64,000 nt of DNA from a bacterium (lineage in GTDB: Bacteria > Verrucomicrobiota > Verrucomicrobiia > Limisphaerales > J093): contig JAKANS010000006.1 in assembly GCA_021823625.1 (NCBI GenBank), forward strand, positions 616 through 64,615, written 5' to 3'. The notes beneath the pieces were generated by a model. That model saw nothing but the letters and a program-made list of their open reading frames with translations. It made no database searches and had not been told where the DNA came from. The position numbers and the translations under genes are program-made. Shown one piece after another: positions 40,596 through 50,274 of the stretch (the stretch's first letter is position 1; each line of letters starts with the position of its first letter).

Positions 40596-40892
40596 TTAGC
40601 CTCCGGACAACCGTTTCCTCCAATAACCAGGCCGCCTGTAACCGTTGGCCACCGCGAGCACCCAGACCGAATCGCCTTCCTCGACGTAAGCGATGTAAAA
40701 GGGGAACACTCTGAGATTCACCCGCCGATGGTCTCTCCGCAACCTCGGCAGCGTTGGATTCGTGGCGATCCAATTCAAACAGCCGATGACCTCGCGGTAG
40801 AATTTCTCGCCCAAACCCGGCTGCTGGTCCTCGTAGTACTCGACCTGGGCGGCAAACTCGGCCGCCGCCTCCGGGTGGAGTTCGAGGCTCAC
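40596..40892 (-). CDS. RelE/ParE family toxin
   Basis: Contains HPEAAAEFAAQVEYYEDQQPGLGEKFYREV and RVFPFYIAYVEEGDSVWVLAVANGYRRPGYW. The GTG start overlaps the antitoxin stop (GTGA). Confidence 0.75.
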   Translation of the reverse strand: MSLELHPEAAAEFAAQVEYYEDQQPGLGEKFYREVIGCLNWIATNPTLPRLRRDHRRVNLRVFPFYIAYVEEGDSVWVLAVANGYRRPGYWRKRLSGG

Positions 40893-41128
40893 GGTTGGAA
40901 ACCGGCCTCGATCCGCTTCTTCACCTCGGCCAGCGGTACGCCTTGGACGGTGCCGGTGCGAAGCTCCCGCAAACGACGGGCGATTTCATCGTCCCAGGCG
41001 ACTTGCAGTTCCTCCGCGGGTTCCGCGCTGGTCTCGGAAAGATCCAGGAGAATCCGGGCCAATTTGAGCCGCTCGGAGGTCGGCAGCTCCGCCGCGTCCC
41101 GCGTCACTTCACTCAAGGTCTTCGGCAT
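40889..41128 (-). CDS. Addiction-module antitoxin (TIGR02574-like putative addiction module component)
   Basis: LPTSERLKLARILLDLSE...VAWDDEIARRLRELRTGTVQGVPLAEV matches this small antitoxin family. Lies upstream of and overlapping the ParE-like toxin. Confidence 0.7.
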   Translation of the reverse strand: MPKTLSEVTRDAAELPTSERLKLARILLDLSETSAEPAEELQVAWDDEIARRLRELRTGTVQGVPLAEVKKRIEAGFQP

Positions 41129-41270
41129 ACCGAAGCACGATTTCGCATGGCCAACTGGCTGTCAACCGCCTGGCGTGGGCCGCTGGAATCCAGCGCCGCG
41201 TAAAGGCTACCTCTGACGGGCCGCCGCCGGCAAGCCGGACTGGTTTGTGATTCTGCATTCCACTGCGCCG

Positions 41271-41433
41271 CGTGATCTTGGCTGCTACGAACGCCGGCAA
41301 ACCGTCGCCAGGCGGCTCAGGGTTCCGCCGACGCAACCGCTGGCGACGCTCTCGGTTCGCGGGCGGGTGACCGGCGCCGGCGCCCGCGGCGGCTTTCCGC
41401 GCTGGCGCGAATGTTCTTCTCGCCTGAACGAAC
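41271..41433 (+). repeat. Intergenic GC-rich repeat, copy R3
   Basis: Same family and orientation. Hairpin gcgggcg(41359-41365)...cgcccgc(41381-41387). Its 3' end abuts the AT-richer R-M insertion. Confidence 0.7.
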
Positions 41434-41460
41434 AAAGGTGAATGTGGTGAGCGTTGTTAC

Positions 41461-41487
41461 TTGACTAACTAAGATTAGCCAACTAAG
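41461..41487 (+). promoter_or_regulatory. Candidate promoter/operator upstream of the RHH gene
   Basis: TTGACT at 41461-41466. Two direct AACTAAG heptamers at 41467-41473 and 41481-41487 flank the near-palindrome ctaagattag. A TAAGTT element lies 17 nt after the -35 element. The ATG is at 41510. Confidence 0.3.
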
Positions 41488-41509
41488 TTACCGCTAACGC
41501 AACACAGAA

Positions 41510-41704
41510 ATGAACAAAACGTTTCCCATTGAATTAAGCGAAGACTTGCACAAGCGACTTAAACACGCGGCGGTGGACGAGGACATGACGCTGCACGACT
41601 GGATTGTGCGGACCCTCACGGAAAAGGTCGGTGGCAATGGTGGACCGGATGAGACCTCAACCAAACGGAGTTCAAATCATGCTCGCCGCAACCGTAATCG
41701 TTAA
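41510..41704 (+). CDS. Ribbon-helix-helix (Arc/CopG/HicB-type) DNA-binding protein, putative controller of the R-M cassette
   Basis: [40 protein letters not shown] is a canonical RHH layout (beta strand, helix, helix), followed by a basic tail. Its 3' end overlaps the methyltransferase start. Confidence 0.65.
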   Translation: MNKTFPIELSEDLHKRLKHAAVDEDMTLHDWIVRTLTEKVGGNGGPDETSTKRSSNHARRNRNR

Positions 41705-42446
41705 ACCCAAGAAGACCAAGCGGGTTGCCCGCGGTGTCGCCACCAACGAGTTGATATTCTCAGCGTATCAGGCGACGAACGACATGGTCTTGCCGCACAT
41801 TCTGAAGCTATACGTGCCTGAAGGGAGCCTCGTGGCTGATGTGACCTACGGCAAAGGCGTATTCTGGAAAAGCATTCCCGCTGGCGTCTACGACTTGCGA
41901 CCGACTGACCTCCGAACTGGCGTGGATTGCAGAAAGCTCCCTTACGGCGACACGACGATGGACTGTGTTGTGTTCGACCCGCCCTACATGCACACGCCAG
42001 GTGGCACCGCACACCAGAACCACCAGAATTTCGAGCACTACTACTACAACAACGGAACAGAGAACGGCTCCAAGAAATACCACGAAGCGGTTCTGGACCT
42101 CTATTTCAAAGGAGCACGGGAGGCGTACCGCGTGCTGAAATTCGAGGGGATTTACATCGTGAAATGCCAGGATGAGGTCTGCGCCAATCAGCAGCGTCTG
42201 ACTCACGTGGAGATTTGCAACGAACTGACGGCGATGGGTTTTACGGTCGAAGACTTGTTCGTGGTGCTGCGAATGAACAAGCCGGGGGTGAGCCGCATGC
42301 TACGGCAGGTGCACGCTCGCAAGAACCATTCCTATTTCCTGGTCTTCCGCAAAGCTAAGTCGGTAAGGTATCTGCCTCCGCGAAGAAATGGCCAAACGGC
42401 TTTACACTTAGCGGAGGAAAAACCTCGTTCAACTTCGCGTAGCTAG
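41679..42446 (+). CDS. DNA methyltransferase (N6-adenine or N4-cytosine; DPPY motif)
   Basis: The SAM-binding motif-I-like [12 protein letters not shown] precedes the catalytic motif [11 protein letters not shown]. The C-terminal HSYFLVFRK block follows. Start chosen at ATG 41679; alternatives are 41637 and 41649. Confidence 0.8.
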   Translation: MLAATVIVKPKKTKRVARGVATNELIFSAYQATNDMVLPHILKLYVPEGSLVADVTYGKGVFWKSIPAGVYDLRPTDLRTGVDCRKLPYGDTTMDCVVFDPPYMHTPGGTAHQNHQNFEHYYYNNGTENGSKKYHEAVLDLYFKGAREAYRVLKFEGIYIVKCQDEVCANQQRLTHVEICNELTAMGFTVEDLFVVLRMNKPGVSRMLRQVHARKNHSYFLVFRKAKSVRYLPPRRNGQTALHLAEEKPRSTSRS

Positions 42447-43212
42447 CTGGAACGTCCAGATAGTAAATTCGTTTTAACTGGGCGATGTGCATCTGGTAGA
42501 TGCGCCACTGGTCTGGCAGGCAAATTTCGATCACTTCCTGCTTTTTCTTGTCTGTTTTCGTTTCGGTGAGGATGACCGGCGTGCCTAGAAAACGGCCGGT
42601 GCCGTAAACGCCATTCAATACGCGCTGATGAGCCCACACCTGAATCACGCGCTCCCTGGTGGACACCTTGATGGGCAAGTGAAACTTCGCTCGGTTGGGG
42701 CCAAGGTCGAAGATGAAGTCGGTAGGGAGGCTTGCCTCCATGTCGAGGTTTAGCACGGGCAAACTGGTTTTGGGATTGACGCCCAAACGCCAAGCGAACA
42801 AATGGCCGATTAAGTATTCAAAGAATGTGCCCGGAGTCTTCTGATCGCCCTCTTTGGTCAGGTCAACGAAACAGAAGAAGCTCACCGCGACCGAATAAAT
42901 GATACGGGTAATGCGGTCCGGCGTCATGTCTGGAACCGGATTCGTTGCAATGGCCTTTCGGAACGTCTCCCATTCGGAAAGGTCAGGCACGAACAACCCC
43001 TTGTTGACAGCCCGTGACAGTTTGTTGCCAAGCGCAAAGGCAAAATAGTCCTTTCCCGGGACCAGCGATCTGAGCCGTTTCGGGTCACATTTCGACAGGA
43101 AGCGCATCGACTCCTCAAAAACCTGCCCGAGCAGTTTTTGATTCTTCTCGCTCTTCACGTCGGCAGAAAACACATCCTGCAACTTCTTGTATGCTCTTGA
43201 TGGATCGGCCAT
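42355..43212 (-). CDS. Putative type II restriction endonuclease (no assignable family)
   Basis: C-terminal 286 codons of ORF 42355..45882, starting at the internal ATG 43212 with GGGAG 13 nt upstream. AT-richer like the methyltransferase and convergent with it. Carries a candidate PD...K-type core, [26 protein letters not shown]. The function is inferred mainly from context. Confidence 0.5.
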   Translation of the reverse strand: MADPSRAYKKLQDVFSADVKSEKNQKLLGQVFEESMRFLSKCDPKRLRSLVPGKDYFAFALGNKLSRAVNKGLFVPDLSEWETFRKAIATNPVPDMTPDRITRIIYSVAVSFFCFVDLTKEGDQKTPGTFFEYLIGHLFAWRLGVNPKTSLPVLNLDMEASLPTDFIFDLGPNRAKFHLPIKVSTRERVIQVWAHQRVLNGVYGTGRFLGTPVILTETKTDKKKQEVIEICLPDQWRIYQMHIAQLKRIYYLDVPASYAKLNEVFPPLSVKPFGHFFAEADTLPT

Positions 43213-45846
43213 CGACGAGGGAGTCTCCCTGAAACTCCAATTCCCTGCAACAGTCGATTGAGCAACCACTTTCGACAGAAAGAAGATCGCCAGGCAAACT
43301 TTCCTCGAACACCCTCCCGAATTGTCGGCGCTTTCTAGGTTGGCGCGTATGTCTAAGCGCTCATGCCCAGAGCGGTTTCGCGTTCCCAGCGTTACAAGCG
43401 GCCGTTTCGCTCGCGGCTCCATTGCCAACTCCAGCCCACTGAGGTTCTGGACCTGTAGTTCGTAGCCTGCCGGCACGCTGGCTTTCCAGAGCAGGCGACC
43501 GCCTTCCTTGCGCCAGCGGAGTTCCACCCGGCCGGCGTCGGTCGGGATGGCGCCTTCGCACCAGTCGAGTTTGAGATCGGAGAACTTCACGCGGACGCGG
43601 CGGTTCACGCTGTCCACCTGCGCCAGCCCCAGCACGTCGCGGTAGAGCACGTGGACGGCGTGCGACGCGAAGCCGTGGTCGCAACTCGCATAGTCGCCGT
43701 CATTCTCCCAAAGCGTGCCCGTGCGGTCGGCCATGTAGAGCTGGTAGGCCAGCGATTCGTCGAGGTTCTGCTGCGCCAGGCCGTACCGGGAGAGGAGTTC
43801 GAGGCGGAGCACGTTGCCGACAAACGCGTTCGCCGGATAGACCTCGGGAAAGGCCTTGGTCTGCTTGCGTTGCGGACCGAAGTCTTGGACCAGCTTCTGC
43901 CACAGCGGGGCGTGCGTTTCCGGCGTCGCCACGTCGAAGAAGAACGCGAAGTACTGGCAGACCTCGGTGCGGTTGCGGGTGACTTCGAGCTTGCCGTTCT
44001 TGCGCACGGCGTTGTCCACGAAGAATTCGCCGTCGAAAGACTGCCGACGGATCGTGTCGCGGAGGCGGTTGGCGTCGCGGGCCAGCTCCGGCAGATCATA
44101 GAGCCGCGCCGCGGCGGCGAGCGCGCGGGCATAGAGCATGTTCGACGGATAGTTCACGTCCTGGACGAAGTCGTTCGCCTTGGACCACTCAACGAAGACC
44201 CAGCTTGGCAGCTTTTCGAGCAGACCATCGGCGTTGCGGAACGGCCGGAAGAATTCGAAGAGCTTGAGCACACGCGGACGCAGGGCCTCCACGAGCGCGC
44301 GGTCGCCGCTGCGGTCCAGGTATTCCTCAAGTTCGACCACGAACCACAGCGACCAGTTCGGGATGAAGATGCCGTCGTTGTGGTCCGCCGGATAACACAT
44401 CGGCAACATGCCATCGGGCAGGAATGCGAACTTCGGCGGGAGCTGGTAGTTCTCGAAAAAGTTGTGCTCGACTGCGGTGTCGCCACTCAGGTCATAGGCG
44501 ACGCGCGAAGTGAAGAAGCTGTCGCACAACCAACCGGCGCGTTCGCGCGACGGGCAGTCCATAAAAATATCCACGGCGTTTTGGCGGTAGGTCTCGCGCC
44601 CGGCGGCGAACAGGCGGTTCAACTGCTCGTCGCTGGCGGCGAACTGCGCCTGCCACACGTCCGGGTTCGCATATTCGCGCAAGTACACACCGCGAGCCGC
44701 GCATTCGCCGTCGAGCGCCAGCAGCTTCAGGTAACGCAGCGTGTACGGCTCGAACGACTCGACGTGGTACACGCCCGGTTCGAGCTGGTACTCGACGATG
44801 TTCACGCAACCGAGGCGTTTCCAATCCACGTCCTGTACGCGCAGGATTTCATCGAACAGGAAAAACAGCCGGCACCGGCTCTTGACCTCGATCTCGGCGC
44901 CGAGGAAGCCGGTCAGGTTCACGCCGAAATCCAGGATGCGGAACGCGCCGGCCGGCAGGGCGAAGTCGTCCTTCAGCGAGGCCGGCTGGTCGATGGCGGT
45001 GGACGCGGTGGTCTTGAGTCGCTGCAACTCCAGCGACGGGATGGTCGCGAGTTCGTTCTCCGGGTAGCCGCCGAGTTTGGGTCCAATCTGCGTCAAGGAA
45101 CGGTCCTTCCACGGATTGGAGGGCATTGCGCCCAGGTCGGCGCGGCCTTGCGACACGATCCGCGTGGGCTGGCGCCGCGCGAAATCCGGGTACGGCACGC
45201 CGCGTGGTAGCAGCGTCTTCGCGGGCTGAACCGCGCACGCGACCTCGGCGAAGTCAGCATTGGGATCGCGCCGCCAGGCGTCGTTGCCGGGGCTCAGGAG
45301 GTACACCTCGGAGAACGGTCGCTGGAAGCTGTACCGCTGCGTCTTCTGGAGCCGCTGATCGAGCACCGCGGCACGGAAGGGCGCGCCTTCGCCGCCGGTC
45401 GAGGCCAGCGCCTTGCCGTCGGCCACGACCTCGGCCTGGAGAAACGCCGGTTGGTCGAGCAGGTAATAACTGTTGACGTTGTAGCCGGCGACTTCGACGG
45501 CGATGACGTTCGTGCCCGGCTTGAGCCGGCCGGCCAATGGCCATTCGTCCACGCGGTAGAAGCCGTGCGGCCCGCGTGCCGGGCCGTGGCCGAGGAACTC
45601 GCCGTTCACCGTCGCGCGATAGAGCGTGGACGCAGTGAGACGAAGGGTGGCGGCTTCGGCGCCGTCCGCGGTGAGGATCGCCCGCCAACTGACGGTCAGG
45701 TTCTTCTCCGTTTCGCGGCCGGTGGGCCAGAGCGGTTGGGCCGAGCGAAAGGTAGGTTCGGCGAATAAACGCGCGGGCGCGAGGCCGAGAACGAAGATCA
45801 CGCCGGCGAGGAGGACACGGCGCCGGGCACAAAATAAGGAGCGCAT
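43213..45846 (-). CDS. Secreted GH78-like (alpha-L-rhamnosidase-related, six-hairpin) glycoside hydrolase; native 3' end lost and fused in frame to the downstream ORF
   Basis: The ATG at 45846 gives the signal MRSLFCARRRVLLAGVIFVLGLAPARLFA. Contains the FMDCPSRERAGWLCDSF block (compare DCPxRxERxGWxGD of GH78) and a C-terminal beta-sandwich ending near YELQVQNLSGLELA (~43425). There is no stop codon before the endonuclease ATG. Confidence 0.75.
43218..43230. promoter_or_regulatory. Perfect 13-bp palindrome AGGGAG-T-CTCCCT covering the putative endonuclease Shine-Dalgarno
   Basis: Read directly at 43218-43230. On the minus strand it is aGGGAGaCTCCCt, ending 5 nt before the ATG at 43212. Confidence 0.3.
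43327..43352 (+). repeat. Partial copy (3'-terminal block) of the intergenic repeat at the right edge of the R-M insertion
   Basis: ggcgctttctaggttggcgcgtatgtc resembles the 3' block of R3 (ggcggctttccgcgctggcgcgaatgttc). Downstream, 43365-43435 also carries pieces resembling the repeat's middle in reverse (cccagagcggtttc, gcggctccattgcc). Confidence 0.35.
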
Positions 45847-45936
45847 GGCACCCGACTTAACCGGCAGGCCGCCGGCCGTCAACAGCGGGTCCGCACCGAT
45901 GCGTGTGCCAATGCTCCGGGCGGACGGGGCGCGGAC

Positions 45937-47666
<1,730 letters not shown>

Positions 47667-47776
47667 GGGCCGGGAACTTCACCAGATCGCCCAAACCGTG
47701 TCAACGCGGCGGGTCCGCGGCGCCGACGCGACTCCGGGCGTGACCCGGGACGCGCTTCCTGCTAACTCACCTGGCC

Positions 47777-48802
47777 ATGAACTCGTCCCCTGCTTTCCGT
47801 CCTGTCGCGATTGAGACCGTCGGGCCAGCTGCGAATCGCCACCTCCCGCGCCGCCAGTTTCTCACCCTCACCGCGCTGGCCGCCGCAGCGGTGGCAACCG
47901 CGACGCGCTTTATGTCGGGCTTCGCGGCTGAAGCTGCCGGGCGCAAGCTGAAGCTTTGCCTTTCGCCGGGCAGCATCGGCGTCAATGCCAGCCAGACTGA
48001 GACGATCGCACTCGCGGCCCAGTACGGTTTCGAGGCCGTCGAGCCTTATCCCGACTACCTGGCCAAGCTGTCGGCGGACCAGATGGCCGAACTGCAAAGC
48101 GATCTCAAAGCGAAGCAACTGGCCTGGGGCGCCGCCGGTCTGAGCGTCGAGTTCCGCCGCGACGACCAGGCGTTTCAGGATAGCCTGCAACGGTTGCCCG
48201 CGCTGGCCGACGCCAAGCAGCGCGCCGGCGTCACGCGCGTCGGCACCTGGCTGATGCCCGGCGACCGCCAGCTCACGTACCTGCAAAACTTCCGCCGGCA
48301 CGCGCAACGGTTGCGCGAAGTGGCGAAGGTGCTGGCCGACCGTGGCCAGCGGCTCGGCCTGGAATACGTCGGCACGTTCACCTCGCGGGCGGGTCAGAAG
48401 TTCCCGTTCGTCCACACACTCGCCGAGGCGCGCGAGCTGATCGGCGAAATCGGCACCGGCAACGTGGGCGTGGTGCTCGATTCGTGGCATTGGTGGCAGG
48501 CCGGCGACACCGAGGCGGACCTGCTCGCGCTCGCCGCGAAGGATGTGGTGTCGGTCGATTTGAACGACGCGCCCGCTGGCGTGGCGAAAAACCAGCAGCA
48601 GGATGGCCGGCGCGAATTGCCGGCCGCGACGGGTGTCATCGATGTGGGTGTTTTCCTGAACGCGCTGAACCGGATCGGCTACGACGGCCCCGTGCGGGCC
48701 GAACCGTTCAACAAGCCGCTGAACGACCTCGACAACGACGCCGCCTGCGCAGCCACCATCGCGGCGTTGAAGAAGGCCTTCGCCTTGATCCAGCCCGCCT
48801 GA
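47777..48802 (+). CDS. Sugar phosphate isomerase/epimerase (xylose-isomerase-like TIM barrel) with TAT signal
   Basis: RRQFLTLTALAAAAVATATRF signal. AP-endonuclease-2 / xylose isomerase-like barrel pattern (VVLDSWHWW, DGPVRAEPF). Confidence 0.8.
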   Translation: MNSSPAFRPVAIETVGPAANRHLPRRQFLTLTALAAAAVATATRFMSGFAAEAAGRKLKLCLSPGSIGVNASQTETIALAAQYGFEAVEPYPDYLAKLSADQMAELQSDLKAKQLAWGAAGLSVEFRRDDQAFQDSLQRLPALADAKQRAGVTRVGTWLMPGDRQLTYLQNFRRHAQRLREVAKVLADRGQRLGLEYVGTFTSRAGQKFPFVHTLAEARELIGEIGTGNVGVVLDSWHWWQAGDTEADLLALAAKDVVSVDLNDAPAGVAKNQQQDGRRELPAATGVIDVGVFLNALNRIGYDGPVRAEPFNKPLNDLDNDAACAATIAALKKAFALIQPA

Positions 48803-48839
48803 AAGGCGCCACGACTGCGGACGTTCCCGGGCCAGCAGC

Positions 48840-50270
48840 TCAAGCCAGCAACGGCTTCACCACCTCGCCGGCCACGTCGGTGAGCCGGAAGTCGCGCCCT
48901 TGAAAACGGTAGGTGAGCCGAAGGTGATCGATGCCCAGCAGATACAGCATCGTGGCGTGCAGGTCGTGGACGTGGACCGGGTTCTCCACCGCGTTGTAAC
49001 CGAACTCGTCCGTCGCGCCGTAGCTGAAGCCCGGTTTGACGCCGGCCCCGGCCATCCACATGGAAAAGCCTTTGATGTGGTGGTCGCGGCCGTCGCCCTG
49101 GGCCATCGGCGTGCGGCCGAATTCGCCGCACCAGATCACCAGCGTGTCGTCCAGGAGTCCGCGCCGTTTCAGGTCGGTCACCAGCGCGGCGCTCGCCTGG
49201 TCCACCAAACCGGACACCGTCTTGATGCCCGTCTTGATGCCGCCGTGATGATCCCAGCCGCGGTGATAGACCTGGATGAAGCGCACGCCGCGCTCGGCCA
49301 GGCGCCGTGCCAACAGGCAGTTCGCGGCGAAGGTGCCGTCCGCGCCTTTGGTGCCGTACATTTCGAGCGTCTGGGCCGATTCGCCCGACAAATCCATCAG
49401 GCCCGGCACGCTGGCCTGCATCTTGAAGGCCATTTCGTACTGGCTGATCCGGGTGGCGATTTCGGGGTCGTGCGCCACGGAGTCGTACTGGCGATTCAGT
49501 TGGTTCACCGCCTCGATCACGCGCCGCTGGCCGTCCGCATCGACGCCGGGCGGGCGGTTCAAGTACAGCACCGGATCGCCGCCGGACTGAAAGCGCACGC
49601 CCTGAAAACGGCTGGGCAGAAAGCCACTGCTCCACTGGCGCGTGGCGACCGGTTGGTCCTGGCCGCCGCCCGAACTGAGCATGACCACGAAGCCCGGCAG
49701 GTCCGCGCATTCGTTCCCCAGGCCGTAAAGCACCCACGAACCCATGCTGGGCCGGCCGCTGATGGCCGTGCCGGTGTTCATGACCGTGTGCGCCGTGTCG
49801 TGGTTGATCTGGTCGGTGTGCATCGAGCGCACGATGCAGATCTCGTCCGCGAGGCTGGCGATGCGGGGAAACGCCGTGCAAATCTCCTGTCCCGCCTGGC
49901 CAAACCGCGCGAACGGATACTGCGGCGCAAAGCAATTCAACTTCTGACCCTGAAGCTGTGCGACCTGCTGGCCTTGCGTGATCGACTCCGGCATAGGCTG
50001 GCCGTGCATCTCCGCGAGCTTGGGCTTGTGATCGAACGTCTCGAGATGCGACGGCCCGCCCGCCATGTACAGCCAGATCACGCGCTTGGCCTTTGCCGGA
50101 AAATGCAGCGGGTTCACCACGCCGCGCCAGACATCGCTGGTGGCCGGCGCGCCGCGGAGCAAGGCCGGGTTCAGCAGGGACGCGAGCGCCACCTGGCCCA
50201 ACCCCAAGGCGGTGCGACCGAGAAAGGCGCGGCGGTTCAACAGCAGGCTGGCGGAATCGGGGGAAGTCAT
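48840..50270 (-). CDS. DUF1501 domain protein (sulfatase-like, TAT signal)
   Basis: NRRAFLGRTALGLGQVALASLL signal. Contains WLYMAGGPSHLETFD and GWDHH motifs. Classic partner of the upstream PSD1 protein. Confidence 0.85.
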   Translation of the reverse strand: MTSPDSASLLLNRRAFLGRTALGLGQVALASLLNPALLRGAPATSDVWRGVVNPLHFPAKAKRVIWLYMAGGPSHLETFDHKPKLAEMHGQPMPESITQGQQVAQLQGQKLNCFAPQYPFARFGQAGQEICTAFPRIASLADEICIVRSMHTDQINHDTAHTVMNTGTAISGRPSMGSWVLYGLGNECADLPGFVVMLSSGGGQDQPVATRQWSSGFLPSRFQGVRFQSGGDPVLYLNRPPGVDADGQRRVIEAVNQLNRQYDSVAHDPEIATRISQYEMAFKMQASVPGLMDLSGESAQTLEMYGTKGADGTFAANCLLARRLAERGVRFIQVYHRGWDHHGGIKTGIKTVSGLVDQASAALVTDLKRRGLLDDTLVIWCGEFGRTPMAQGDGRDHHIKGFSMWMAGAGVKPGFSYGATDEFGYNAVENPVHVHDLHATMLYLLGIDHLRLTYRFQGRDFRLTDVAGEVVKPLLA

Positions 50271-50274
50271 CGGT

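Noticed and set aside
38871-41433. Calling the repeats bona fide integron attC sites
   Set aside because: No RYYYAAC / GTTRRRY cores at the ends (the best candidates are GTTCTTC and GTTCCGC). No intI gene in the window. One probable copy lies outside the array. The idea is kept only as a hypothesis to test.
42355-45882. Treating the 1175-aa ORF as one genuine bifunctional glycosidase-nuclease
   Set aside because: There is a sharp compositional break near 43350. About 70 junk-like codons lie in between, partly derived from the local repeat. An internal ATG with its own GGGAG is present, and the tail is convergently paired with a methyltransferase. All of this points to an insertion-generated fusion rather than an evolved two-domain protein.
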